Source: Nemertoderma westbladi
Taxonomy: Eukaryota > Animalia > Xenacoelomorpha
Direction: 5' to 3'
Assembly (NCBI GenBank): GCA_032718475.1
Contig: JAUCBJ010001454.1
Location: 31,193-95,192 of the forward strand
Length of the DNA stretch: 64,000 bases
The number at the start of each line of letters is the position of its first letter. The stretch's first letter is position 1. The notes under the pieces were generated by a model. The model did no database searches. It had not been told where the DNA came from and saw only the letters and a program-made list of their open reading frames with translations. This document shows positions 51,370 to 64,000 of this stretch, in pieces. Position numbers and translations under genes: made by a program.

Positions 51370-51950
51370 TTCATCTATGGAAATTGATTGTTTTCGCCTG
51401 GGACGCAGTTCAATAATCGAAGTGGAAAACTGCGGACTTCAACTGGATTCAGTGGTCCAAGATATACCTTATTATTCGGTTTCGTAAGAGATACAGAGCT
51501 TTGCACAATATAGTACTCTTCACTGTTTCACCAGTGTTCATCATCGCCTTGTTATTGTGGTTAAGCTAGTAGTATTAGGAAGTAGTAGTAGTATTAAGGT
51601 TAAGCTTATTCCCAAGCTAGCAGAACAAAGAAATCTGCCTTGCCACGGCATGATTAGCCCTTTCTATTGTAACAGATGTGAGAGAACCAAATGTGAGATC
51701 TAACTTCACATTACAACTGAACAGGTATGATGCCATTGCCTCTGAGGCAGCTGATCACTGCTTGGATTATACTGCATTGACAGAGGGAGTTAAAGGCAGC
51801 AGCTGCAGACTCAAATGCGTCTTGTTGGGTCCTGTTATATCGTATAACAGAAACAGATCAGTCTGAAATGCTTGAAAAAATACTGATCGCAAACTGTGAC
51901 TGCGATACATTGTCAATATGGCTGGTGATGCATTCTTAATGTGGAAGACT
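51370..51950 (+). mobile_element. RTE LINE endonuclease/linker remnant
   Basis: SGKLRTSTG..., FTSVHHRLV (SDHR-like), REPNVRSNFTLQLNRYDAI..DYTALTEGVK, resembling the RTE linker at 57665-57985; paralog at ~54850-55185. Confidence 0.55.
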
Positions 51951-52006
51951 GATTTTAAAATTAAATTTGATTAAGTTTAACCCACTTGCAATTTTTGTAG
52001 TACTAG

Positions 52007-52780
52007 CTAATGGTAGAACCTCATTTTCAAAAAGTAGGCACTTTTCACTTCACTATAATATGCATATAATATATAGATGTCTGTAATTCCTGGATTTTTG
52101 AGAAATGTCAGATACGTTGGTCGTTCATCATTGGATTCTGGTCTGTCATAAAGGTATGAAGGCGCTTCATACCAGCAGTAGAGGATAATAATGAGAAAAA
52201 TCATACTTGATATTATAAATGGAAACTCAAATCCTAATGAAGCAAATACGGCAGATCCAAAAACAGGTGAAATTGTATATCCAAGGGAGCTGAGTACGAG
52301 AGATATGCTAGCTATGAAACTTCGTTGGTTTGGCACCAACTCCATCAATAGATTATAAGAGTAGATATAGCTGATATTGAGTCCAATTCCTTCGAGAATT
52401 CGCAACAGAAAACACATGAATAAATGTCCCCAGTTGTTAGGAATATATTCCACAAATCCAAATAGTAACTGGGCGGTAGTTCCAATGATACCGAATATTC
52501 CTAATGAGATTCTAGTTCCCCAGTTGCTGATGGAATGGGTGAAGATAATGAAAATGATTACTTGTACCACAGAATACGCCGCTAGTAAGGTGCCGATTAG
52601 GGTCTTAGACCAGCTACGATTTTCCACAACGATAGGGAAAAATGATTCTATTAGATTGACGCACCAACCTGGAATCATCTGAAATATTATCAATAAGGTC
52701 ACCAACAAATTAAACCTCCAACCATGTCCCGGTGTTCTATTTGTTGGGGTGTGGTTTGGAGAAATTGGTGCATCTGCCAT
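52007..52780 (-). CDS. MFS transporter, SLC18B1-like, N-terminal six-TM half only
   Basis: Six hydrophobic helices with NLIESFFP, WGTR loop, FLLRILEGIG, LGYTISPVFGS..LGFEFPF motifs; acceptor ctacag|G just before ATG; no C-terminal half found. Confidence 0.75.
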   Translation of the reverse strand: MADAPISPNHTPTNRTPGHGWRFNLLVTLLIIFQMIPGWCVNLIESFFPIVVENRSWSKTLIGTLLAAYSVVQVIIFIIFTHSISNWGTRISLGIFGIIGTTAQLLFGFVEYIPNNWGHLFMCFLLRILEGIGLNISYIYSYNLLMELVPNQRSFIASISLVLSSLGYTISPVFGSAVFASLGFEFPFIISSMIFLIIILYCWYEAPSYLYDRPESNDERPTYLTFLKNPGITDIYILYAYYSEVKSAYFLKMRFYH

Positions 52781-53364
52781 CCTGTAGTTATAACATACAA
52801 TTACTTGTACTCAATGGGATTGAGGGTGTTGAACTACAAATGTAATAATGTAAATGAAATGAAATATAAAATAAAAGTATTAATTTAATAATGATTCCCA
52901 CATGTTTGAACTATTGGTACTGTGGGTTTGGACTATTTTATAGTGGTTTCTGAATGGTATTGTCATTTTTACTGTCCTTTACTGTTATTCTACCTAGTCA
53001 TTGTTGTTGTAGAAGGGCATACTATGCCACATGTTCGTTCATTTATAGTCTTACAGATTATTGGTAAATGTAAAATGACTAGCCTACATGCATAAACCCA
53101 CCACTCAATATAGCAAGATAACATAAAATATTTCGTTGTATATATTGAAAATAAACTGAAATTGAGGGAACATAATGCGAACGATATCAGAAATCTTAAT
53201 AAAATTTCTAAGATTGTATCTTGATTATTTAATGTTACCATAACTACCAACTAACTACCAAAATCTTATTTATAACTTGGGAAATATTGCAAGAATGACA
53301 AATTTATTGTCATTCATTTATGACGGTAGGTTACGTTTAGGTTACGGTAGGTTGACGGATGGTA

Positions 53365-53905
53365 TGTTAGTACATATGTACTTCCCATACGTACGTAATA
53401 TGTACTGTACTCTTCTAATCCTAAATGAATGGTCCAATTGACCCAGCATTTAGTACATATTATGTACTATTATTGCTCCCATTGACCCATCATTAGTATG
53501 TAATTATGTACATTATCACATATAGTGCTCATCAGACGTACGTAATGTGTACTCATCTAATCCGAAATGTGGTTTTATGTACACTTCTAATCCAAAACGT
53601 AGTACAGTGTACACTTCTAATCCAAAACATGGTACTATGTACCCTTCTAATCCAAAATATTGGTCACATTGACCCGGCATTAGTGTGTAATTATGTACGT
53701 TACTACAGGTGTACTCATCAGACGTACTTTGTATGTACGTTAGTACCATCAAGTGGTACGTAATTGTGTTAATCTATTCCTAAATATGATACTTATGTAC
53801 CCTTCTAATCCTACGTAATTATGCACGTTAGTACAGGTGCACTCATCAGACGTACATTGTATGTATGTTAGTACATATGTACTCATCGGGCGTACATAAT
53901 TGTAT
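53365..53905. repeat. Degenerate ~30-bp tandem repeat region (GTACACTTCTAATCCAAAAC-like)
   Basis: gtac(a/c)cttctaatccaaaa at 30-bp spacing, 53549-53660, plus repeated gtactcatcagacgtac and ttgacccagcatt blocks. Confidence 0.75.
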
Positions 53906-55192
53906 TCAACTAAACCTATTATATTTTATTTTTCTTTATTTTTCTTTTATTTTCGTGGGAAGGGTGTATCACCCTCATTCCCACCCCCTCAGTCCAATTT
54001 ATTGGACGACTAATCAACCTAAGGGCGATTCTTCCAGCAGGCAAATTTTCCACTGCCCTCCTGTATGTCTTCTTATCACCCAGTCTTATCATCGATCCTA
54101 AATCCCTCGAATCTGACCTTCCCCTCTTCTCCAGTCTCAGATTCGACCTTCCTGTTACCTCACAGAATTCTTCATCGTCTCTTGGTGGCAGAATGCCACA
54201 GTTTGTGCGATTATGGAGATCTGAAGTAGCATCGTCCCCAAAAGGTAGATTCTATATTAAAGAAATTTTTGAACCCTTAACATATTTACATGTGTTAAGT
54301 GACCATTTAGCTTTGCGACGACTGTTTGCACAGTTTAAATGGTCATTGCATAGTAGGCTTAATATAGAAACGGACAATGGCATGGAGTAGTTAAGGGAAC
54401 AACATATTAGGTATTTGAACGTATTTATATTGAACGTATTTGCAATATGTGTACCAATAATTTAGTTGAAGATGAATATCACTTTCTGTTAGTTTGTAGC
54501 CATTATAATAACCTGAGATGCAAGTACTTAGTTTGTGGGGGCTCCGAATATGGAGACAATAAGGGGGTTGGTGAGGGTCTTGCCACTTTTAAATAAAAAT
54601 TATAGTTTGCTGTATGGTGCATTTCACCCTTCCGGGCATCTTCAGGGGTGTTAATGTATTAAAATATCTATATCTATACCTATAAAATTCAAATTCTCTC
54701 TCTCTGTCTCTCTCTCTCTCTCTCACTCTGTGCTCGAACTCCTCCAAAACGGGCGGAGGGATTGCGCTGGGACTTGGCATGTGTGTATAACTTTAACCAG
54801 CAGTCATTATAGGCCACTTTTCGAAAAGTTTAATTCACGTTCAGTGAATCATCCATGGAAATTGATTGTTTTCGCCTGGGACGCAGCTCAATAATCGAAG
54901 TGTAAAACTGCTGATTTAAACTGGATCCAGTGGTCCAAGATATACCTTATTATTCGGTTTCGTAAGAGATACAGAGCTTTGTACAATACTATACAGGATT
55001 AACTCTTCAGTGCTTCACCAGTGTTCATTGTTCATTGCTTGTTATTGTGGCTAAGGTTAAGCTTATTCTCCATTCTTATTGGCGCTCTCTATTGCAACAG
55101 CCAAATGTGAGATCCAACTTCACATTACAATTGAACAGGTATGATGCCCTTGCCTCTGAGGCAGCTGATCACTGCTGAACACTTAATTAAGG

Positions 55193-55656
55193 AACTTCGA
55201 TGGTTTGGCATCAACTCCATCAATAGATTATAAGAGTAGATATAGCTGATATTGAGTCCAATTCCTTCGAAAATTCGCAACATTAAACACATGAATAAAT
55301 GTCCCCAGTTGTTAAGAATATATTCCACAAATCCAAATTGTAACTGGATGGTAGTTCCTAATGATACCGAATATTCCAAGGGATATTGTGGTTCCCCGGT
55401 TGGTGATAGAATGGGTGAAGATAATGTAAATGATTACTTGTACCACAGAATACGCCGCTAGTAAGGTGCCGATCAGAGTCTTAGACCAGCTACGATTTTC
55501 CACAACGATAGGGAAAAATGTTTCTATTAGATTGACGCACCAACCTGGAATCATATGAAATATCATCAATAAGGTCACCTACAAATTAAATCTCCAACCA
55601 TGTCCCGGTTTTCTATTTCTTGCGGTGTGATTTGGAGGAATTGATTCATTTGACAT
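55193..55656 (-). pseudogene. Frameshifted, truncated duplicate of the SLC18B1-like MFS ORF
   Basis: Colinear with 52317-52780; split across ORFs 55312-55578 and 55125-55379; a deletion joins it to the RTE remnant at ~55190. Confidence 0.85.
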
Positions 55657-55916
55657 CCTGTATTTCTAACATTAAATAAGTTATACTCACTTGGATTGAA
55701 AGGGTTGAACTAAAAATGTAAATGTAAATAAAATTTATAATAAAATAAACTATTAATTTAATATTGATTATTGACAATAAACTGAAATGGCGGGACAGAG
55801 AACATATGCAAACAATATCTGTTAAGATGTATTTATTAAAAGGCAATCTGAATTAATGTATTGGCAGTGTTGTTGCCTAGCACCAACCTTTTGTTGCCTG
55901 GTGATTTAAACAACAT

Positions 55917-58900
55917 TTACTATTACTACTAGGTCGAGCGAACTCCGACAGTGGAAATAAGAACCTTCCAGGCTACCCGATTCTCCATAGTTGTTGCAAT
56001 TTCGTTTCACCCAAGTTCAGTATCCCTTTCAAGTTGATCTATTTATGTTATGGCTGGTCACCCACAACTACGCTTCTTACCATGATTTGGTTGCCAGAAA
56101 AGTAGATCTGGTATGACCTCGTCTTTACTTCACCAGCAGTTTCCAGCAGTAATCGTAGTAGTCTTGTGTAGCAACCATCAATTCGTTGTTCAAGTGATTC
56201 AGTCAGTGTCCAGGTCTCACCCCCGTATAAAAATACACTTTCCACTGTGGCTCGAAAGAACTTAGTCTTCAGGTGCCTGGAGAGATCTGATTTCCAGATT
56301 GTATCCATTTTTGATAGAGCTACCCAAGCTTTTGCTTTCCTAACTTCTATGTCATTTTTGCTACTCTCTATCCATGATCCAAGGTACTGGAAGTCGTCGA
56401 CCTTCCTTAGTTGATTATTATGGTTGTCAAGTTTCCATCAACATTAAACGTCATGAATTTGGTATTGGTAGCATTTAAATGCAATCCCACCCCCTTAGCA
56501 GCCCTCTCCACTTTATTTAGTAGAAGCTGTGCATCTGTTAGCAAATTAGAGAGCGGGGCAATGTCATCCGCAAAGTCGGTGTCTGTGATTGTAGATGCCA
56601 TATATCTACTACTTCTGCATTCTTGAAGTGTGAATCCCAGATATTCACCCTTTGTGGCCATCCTCATTGCGTAATCCAGCACAATTACAAATAGTAATGG
56701 TGCTAATGTGTCACCTTGCAGTACACCAGCCAGGATTGAGAAAAACTCAGTTTCACCATCTGGTGAGAGTACCTGTGCTTCTGTGTCACAATATAACAAT
56801 CCAATGCCAGCAACAATTACTTCTGGTATTCCATAAGCTATTAGAATTTCAAGCCTTTTACCTCTATGGATGGAGTCGAATGCCCTCTTGAAGTCCACAA
56901 AAGTCATGACTTCGGGGAGATTCTCTGACTTAATTCCTTCAATCAGTCTCCGTAGTGCAAGTATCTGAGCTATTGTTGATCTATTTGGTCGAAATCCGTA
57001 TTGGCTCTTACGCAGTAGTTTCTCTATGTGAGGCCTAATCCTATATAGAATCATTTTATTGTATATTTTGGCTGCTACCATAAGCAGACAGATCCAACAA
57101 TAGTTTGTTGGTATACCGAGGTCTCCTTTTTTGGAGAGAGGCTTTAGTTGACCTTTAGTCCAAATTGGTGGTGGCTTTTCCCCTTTTAACATCCGGTTGC
57201 AAACATTCAATAGTGGCCTTTTTCGCAATCCTGTTTTCCATACCTCCGCTGGGATTTCATCTAATCCACTCGCTTTATTATTGGACATGCTTTTAATGCT
57301 TCTTTGGAGTTCAGCAGGTGTGAATTCCCCTGTTTCTAAGGTAGTGTCTTGTTATATGTGTTCCTTGCAGGGCTGACCTTGATGTTTGATGGCTGCCCAA
57401 GCAAGTTGCTGAAGTGATTTTTCCACACATTCTTCAGGACTATCGGCTTTGAGACGCCCATTTGCACAACTTTTCCGACCAGAAACCTCATTTACATTTT
57501 GCCAGGTAAGTCTTGATTGTTGCTGTATGTAACCAGTTGTAATTGCTTCAAATTTATCCTGTATGTACTATTCCAGGCTGATGTTGAAGGCCAATTTAAG
57601 TCCTTAGCTTTCTCAACCTTGTTAGTGTTTTCGGTTGTTGGTTGTTCGGTTTTTACTTTGTAGGCTATCGTAATATCTTCTCTCTTACAAGTAACCTCAA
57701 AGTTTTGCCATGGCACATACTGTTTTCGTTTGGGTTTCTGGGGGATATGCCTCTAAGCTGATTCCTTGTGGGCTTTATTATATTCTGGTATATTGAATAA
57801 GTGGACTGGTATTCATCCATTGACTGAAGTGCATCAAATCGGTTTTGAACTTCTACTGTGTAAGCATCCTTTACTGCATTGTCAGTTCTGAGTTTCTCCC
57901 AGTCATAGTTGATTTGCTTGCTTTTCCTGGGTTTGCTGGCTCTCAAACTGAGTCTGATCTCTGCAGTCACAACTCTGTGGTCCAAACCAATTAGGTTGAA
58001 CGAGCTGTATGCCTCTCAGTTGATCATGATGTTTCTCCAGTTTTTGTTTATAAGGCATGATGTTTCTCCAGTTTTTGTTTATAAGGATGTAATCCAGTTG
58101 TGCTTTGGTTCCATTAGGGTAATGAAAGGTTCAGAGCTTCCCCTTACTCTTTTTGAATGTGTTGTTTGTTGGTATCAATTCACATTCTTCCATTAGGTAT
58201 AAAAGTAACTACCCATTTCTGTTAGAACTGGTGTTATATGTGTAACCCTTGATGTCTTCTGGGCCAATTTGCGCATTCAGGTCACCAGCAATGACTTTAA
58301 CATTGTGTTTCGGAATGTCCTTTATAAGTCCCGTCATATCTTCATAAAACTTGACTGCTTGTTCTGGCTCTGAGGCATTAGTTGGACTGTGACAAGGTAT
58401 TACTGTTTTCTTGGGATTTCCATTAAAAGTTGCTATCATAACCCTGGAATTTATAGATTCGATGTTGTTTAGGGTCTTAAGTGCAAAAGGGCTTAGCAGA
58501 ATTCCTACTCCACCAATTGATGCCTTGGCCGAGTTTCTTACTGCTGAGCTTGTTACTAATGTCCATCCATTTCCAATGTCATTGTACTTCATGGCAGTAT
58601 TTTCATGACAAATCCGATGTTCTTGGATGCAGATGATGTCGATGTTATATTCCATTGCCAGAACGACCATGTCACCCTGTTTGCTATGTGCTTTCAGCAT
58701 CATGCATTCATTGTAGCAATCTTTAGTGTCTTTTTACATTCCAACAGGTTGGTTCTTCTTTCTTCTCTGTCTTCTGTTCCAGTAGCCGATTTATCGACAC
58801 CAGCTTGGTGTACCACTGAGTGACGCGGTCCTTGTTGACCTGGGCAACGACTGAGCCGGTATTTCTCCCGGAGGGTTCTCATACTCATATCTTTCAGTTC

Positions 58901-59040
58901 TGAGAGTAAACCGCTTGTGGTCGCAACTGCAACAAGCGTCTTCGCAGTAGGTCGCCATTGGTTGATTACCTTCCACCGACTTTGTCAGCATGTCTAGCCG
59001 TTCGACTGTAGGGGTTCTTTTGTTACACCCTGCCCTGAAC
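55917..59040 (-). mobile_element. Near full-length decayed RTE-clade LINE (APE + RT)
   Basis: APE: LKIATMN, IDIICIQEHR, GGVGILLS, GDLNAQIG, DHRVV. RT: KASGLDEIPAE, QYGFRPNRST, FVDFKRAFDSIHR, GVLQGDTLAP, DFADDI, FQYLGS. C-terminus ESVFLYGGETW; (TAG)n-like tail at ~55917-55932; several frameshifts, including a 31-bp duplication at ~58026-58087. Confidence 0.95.
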
Positions 59041-59139
59041 CAAGTGTGCCTCTTGGAGGTATTGGATCTAGGATCTATTGGATCTTGGAGTTATGTATAA
59101 CATTGGAGGTGTCTCATTGGTTCCCCCAAGCTTGACACT

Positions 59140-59422
59140 AGAACAAAATCGCCTCCGCTTTGCAGGACATTGCTTTCGCCGTGAGGACCAGCCAGTGCAT
59201 AATCTTGTACTTTGGCAGCCTCATGGAGTGAATAAGCATGGTGGACAGCCCATGACTTTCTTGAGACGCATCTTAAAGGACACTGGCCTTAAAGATGCGG
59301 ATGATCTAGCAAATGTCATGGGTGATAGGGAGTTGTGGCGGTGCAATTTTGTTGACAAGCCGGCACAGCATTCTTAAAAATGCAGCTGCAATGCAGCATG
59401 CCGATCCTAGTAGTAGTAGTAG
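59140..59422 (+). mobile_element. 3' fragment of another RTE LINE
   Basis: RLRFAGHCFRREDQPVHNLVLWQP..LKDTGL..DLANVMGDRELWR followed by a (TAG)n tail at 59408-59422. Confidence 0.85.
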
Positions 59423-60945
59423 CCTCTTGGTCTTGGTTTAGGATACCTAACACTGGTTGAGGAGCATCCAGTATAGACAGAGCAGGGCGTGTATCATCTC
59501 TATTGCAGAATGCGGATGCGTACTCAAACCTTTCCTTCAATGGTGCCCTAGGCTCTATACCCCTCAATAACTTATTTAGTTGATGGGGCTAAACCAACCC
59601 ACTCTTGATCAACTAAATAATGAATAGGCTACTGGTGCTAATTGGGCCTGCCCTACTGGGCTGACAGCTACAGGTAGTACCACATTACTGCCACACTGGT
59701 AGCAGGATCTGGGGACCTGACCTGACTTAAAACAACTTTTAATTTGGTGATTTTAATTATGATGGTAATTTAATGTAATTTTACATAATTTTAATTTTAT
59801 CGACTATAACTAAAAAAATAAAGAATAACTATAACCAGTAGTAATATTTCAATATTCAAACTTCCCACCACTGCACTGTCCTATCAGCTGAAAGGGTTGC
59901 TAGGTTACCAGCCAAAATATAAACAAAAAACAAAACAGATGCTGGAACATCGTGATTGTTACTGCAGTACTACTGCTGACCCCTGGGCCTGGACTGCCTA
60001 CTGCCAAATACCTTGCCTACCGGGCTGTATGGCAGCCCAGCACTGTCCTCCGGGCCGAGGCCGCTCCTCTACTTAGCTCTCGACCCACGAACACAATGGG
60101 AATCGCCAAGCAATAGTGCAAACTGAACTATTGCGTGATAATTACTAATAAAATGCGGATCAATTAGCCGAATCAATAAGCCGAATAAAACAATACTAAA
60201 AATTGCAAAATTAAAGCCTAAGGATAGTTTACAACAAAAGAATTAGGGATCTAAAATATCTAATGTGCCAACACGCCGTCGTTAGGGAGTTGTTCATCAT
60301 AAATTCACTAATGTTGGAAGCCAGGGGTCTATCTCCCTTAAAACTAACCTATCGAACCTAACCGGATCTAAACTGTACAGAATTGCACTGTCAAAATTAC
60401 TTACTTTATACGCCCGGACTTTATACCCCGGACAATTGCCACCAATTACACTTACGCACCAAACAATAAATTGGCCCCAAGGAAGATTGCAAATTAAATA
60501 AGATCGTTCCTAACTAGCAATTTAGTCTTCCTAACTTGTTACAACATATTAAACAATAATTTTATATAGTTAAGTTCGCTTTATATTTAATAAAACAGCC
60601 ATGTTTGCTTATTTATGTGCTCAATAATTTCGATATTTTCCAACTGAAGTATTTCATTACAATAAAAATAAAATGTTAACGCGCTGAAGCCATTTAATTA
60701 CGTCATAAAAAGCTATAGCTAGCATAAAAACATTCAAATTGTTCTAGAAAAAAATCGTGCATATTTTGAAAAACATCTAAAATTTAAAAATTGTTATTGT
60801 TGCACATTCCTCCACATCTATACCAGCACTAACAATTCACCAAAAATTATGTTTCCTCTCCAGATGTAACGGAAGGCCAGTCTGCCTGTTTGTCCTAACA
60901 ATCCCAACAAAAAATAAAAGATGCTTTGTTTTGGAATAAAAAAGA

Positions 60946-61378
60946 ATAATAAAATAAAGTATTAATTTAATAATGATTCCCACATGTTTGACTATTGGTA
61001 ATGTGGGTTTGGACTATTTTATAGTGCTTTCTTACTGGTATTCTCATTTTTACTGTCATTTACTGTTATTTTACCTAGTCATTGTTGTGGTAGAAGGGCA
61101 TGCTATGCCACATGTTCATTTATAGTCTTACAGACTATTGGTAAAATGTAAAATGACTCAAGTATCAACTAAAGTTATCGTATTGGCAGGATACCAAATT
61201 CACCATTCTTCCTCAAACTCTGAATTAATGTATTCCCGGTTAAGAAATCTTAGTAAAATTGCTATGAAATTATTATGAATTGGTCTAAACTTCCCGAACT
61301 TATCAACTTGTAAGATTTCTAGGATTGTACCAAAATCTTATTAATAACGTGGGAAACATTGCAAGAATGACAAATTTG
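60946..61378. repeat. Duplicate of the MFS upstream region (52865-53305), including a candidate 5'-UTR splice donor
   Basis: Colinear aaagtattaatttaataatgattccc..acatgtttg...tacctagtcattgttg...ttgcaagaatgacaaattt. Confidence 0.85.
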
Positions 61379-61379
61379 C

Positions 61380-62290
61380 CCCCCCCCCCCCCCCCCCCCC
61401 GTGGTTTTTTGTTATAACTGTTGAAACAAACGCAGTAGGGAATCTGAAATTTTAAGACATTTTCCTAACAATCTATTGTCTCCCTAATAGTGAAAACGGT
61501 TTTCAAAAATATTGGGAAGTTTTCAAGTTATAGCACCATTTTTTAACCCTACTTTTGGCACTCTTTTTGAGACGTTTTTGAACTGTAACATCTCTATTTT
61601 TTATTTACACCAGTTTTTTGGAATGCATCCAAAATTGGATGGAAATCATATAAATTAATTTAGAAATTTCAAACTTGTTTTTTTTCGGCGGGTGCCAAAT
61701 TTTGGTGCCAGCACCAATTTTGAAATATGTAAATTTTGTAAATTGATTGTTTGAATCTCTTTTTGCACAATAGGGGTTTTTTGGGATTCTGGGTTCGATG
61801 GAAAATATACGAGTTGCACCAAGCGTTTCAAACTTGTATTTTTGGGTGCTCTGTGCAGAATTTGGTGCCAGCACGAAATTTTGAAAATACATTCAATAGT
61901 TAAATTGCTTGTGACAAATTATTTCTGGCTTTTTAGAGGTTTATGGCGGTCCTGATGGAAAATTTGGTGCTAGCACAAAATTTTGAAATCCATCAAATAT
62001 ATAAATTGATTGTGTCACCTTGTTTCTTGCGTTATACGGGTTTGTGAGGGTACTGAATTCAATTGAATATGTAACAATTGCATAAGAGTTTTCAAACTTG
62101 TATTTTTCACTGGTGGGTGAAAATTCTTGTGCCAGGACCAAATTTTGAAAATATGCAAATTGATTTTTTTCTGTCGGATTCGGACTAGAGAAATTTACAT
62201 ACAAACAACAATTCAGACGTTTCCGTTAAAAATTTTTAGATTTTAGAGGGGGGGTCAATATGACCCCTCCGTAGATTACGGTAAAAAACA
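61380..62290. mobile_element. Non-autonomous DNA-transposon-like repeat, copy 2
   Basis: Colinear with 18195-19150; poly-C start; end hairpin gggggtca-ata-tgacccc. Confidence 0.75.
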
Positions 62291-64000
62291 GCATTTTAAA
62301 CCTGCCTTGTTTAATTATTGTTTTAGTATAAGATTTAAATAATTATACCTAAAAATTATACATCTGTAATCCGCATACCCCATTCCATTATAGTTTTTAA
62401 TTAGTTCAAGTGATTTGCTTTTTTATCGGCATAAGGTGAGTTTCAATATTTCTTACAAATTGGGTTGCCTCTACGCTTTAAATATATTTAATATATTACT
62501 TTTAAAATTTCCTGTTAATACCTGCCTTTCATTAATCCTCTGAGCGCCTTTGGGTGGTGCAGATTAAGAGGGCGGTTGAAGGGGGGGGGGGGGGCAGTCA
62601 AAATACACCCTATGTATTGATTTTGTGTCGGTACTTAATTTGCTATTAACAATAATTGCATAATAATAGTAGAATTTTTAGTAAATGGAAATATTTGCCG
62701 TGAAGTATATTTTTAAGAAACACCGAAGGATAATTTTATTTTTATCGGTATTAAGCCGTTCCTTTACTTTCGTGGCTCGCCCCACCATGTTATCTCAGAT
62801 TTAATAAAATATTCAGTGCAATTTATATATTGACCGCTGGAAGGCGTTGCCTTTGCTCTATTGATGGGACCTAAACTCGCACTGATTCATGTCTTTAGAG
62901 GAGAAATACTAATATGTTAGGACAGGACCGGCAGATAACAATGTTATGATCAAATTTATTGTTTAGCCCTTCATTGTTAGATGTTTGCCACCTTTGCTTC
63001 ACTAACATATGAATGCATAGGTTGCTAAGGGATACATACTAGTTAAGCTTAAATGTGATTCGATATAACGTGATTAGGTGTCAACGTTGTGGTATAAAAG
63101 GGCCCACCCCCTCTTTTGCAATAAATTAGTAAGTTAGTAAGTTAGTCATTTAGTCAGATAGTAGGGCAGATTAATATTATATTACTTTTAGAAATATTCA
63201 CAAATAGAATTTACAATCTTATAATTACCTGTATTTCGTTCGTGTTTGGAAGTAATTATTATGTGAATTTAAGTATCAGATTATACTATCTTGAGTTCTA
63301 ACTTCAATTTATTTTCAACAATGTTATCGGTTAAAACATTTACAACATGATGAGCTAAGCGTCATTTAGTGGGCCGGAGGTTGGGAAACATGGATACAAG
63401 CGGCTGAACAACCATAGTCGCACGGATACTAATAGTCAAGGGAAGTCAGGTTAGAGTATCATTACGAGTAAATGGGAGAAACATTTGTCAGGTGCAGGTC
63501 ATCAACTTTAGCTGTCTTACATTTCACCAGCCTTACAAAATTTAGGACACCCGTATGAAAATTGAACAATCCGCACAGCGAAGCAAAAAACACGCATAAC
63601 GCAACAGCAGAAAATAAGCCAATAGTTATTTATAGGTGAATAATTCTATACCTCAGTTTAGCGTAGCCTTGGCAAGATATTATAGGAGCTCAATTCGTGG
63701 ATGCTATGCGTGAGCCGACATTTGATTGGTTGTTGGGTTCCAGGCAGCATCAGTTGAGTTCCTTTGTTACTGTGCAGGGTGGTGTAGAATTAATTTGTTT
63801 ACTTATACATAATTTTGTGTTCTGGAATGTCATATTCTGGAATGTTGGAATATATTCTGCTGTGCATGACTGACAGACTGTTAGGAATTATTCTATATTA
63901 GGTGGAAATTAGTTATTTGCCACTATACAACTAACTTGCGCTATGGACAATTTAGGCACTGTATCCTAGCTGACAAGGACAATTATAGACAATTCTTGCC

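Noticed and set aside
58860-59060. HDV-like ribozyme in the RTE 5' UTR
   Set aside because: Known for some RTEs, but the P3/L3 core could not be identified by eye here.
59572-59620. 13-bp inverted repeat as a terminator
   Set aside because: Eukaryotic context, AT-rich stem and isolated; likely chance or a TE scar.

Overview
AT-rich, repeat-dense eukaryotic (metazoan, probably invertebrate) genomic window; no prokaryotic features, rRNA, intact tRNA or CRISPR array seen. It is dominated by a 25.7-kb head-to-tail array (23294-48953) of ten ~1.6-4.3-kb non-autonomous Helitron units (5'-TC...hairpin-CTAG-3'). The array sits at a single A|T site whose empty paralogous copy is visible at ~54241-54260. 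Each unit carries an internal ~146-bp satellite, and nearly every monomer contains a CTCF-like motif (CCGCTAGAGGGCG). Host genes inferred from splice signals: a terminal coding exon (2940-3091), a three-exon FAM167/LURAP-like gene (13232-21312) that the ORF track does not assemble, and an N-terminal-half SLC18B1-like MFS transporter ORF (52007-52780) with a frameshifted duplicate (55193-55656). Other content: a 783-aa orphan, probably Gag-like ORF; a near full-length decayed RTE LINE; RTE, RTEX, CR1 and L2 remnants; two tRNA-derived SINEs; several MITEs, including a 1.4-kb foldback hAT-type element with an 8-bp TSD; and probable Tc1/mariner excision footprints. Most short ORFs in the track are translations of repeats. 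Family names come from motif recognition by eye, without database searches.
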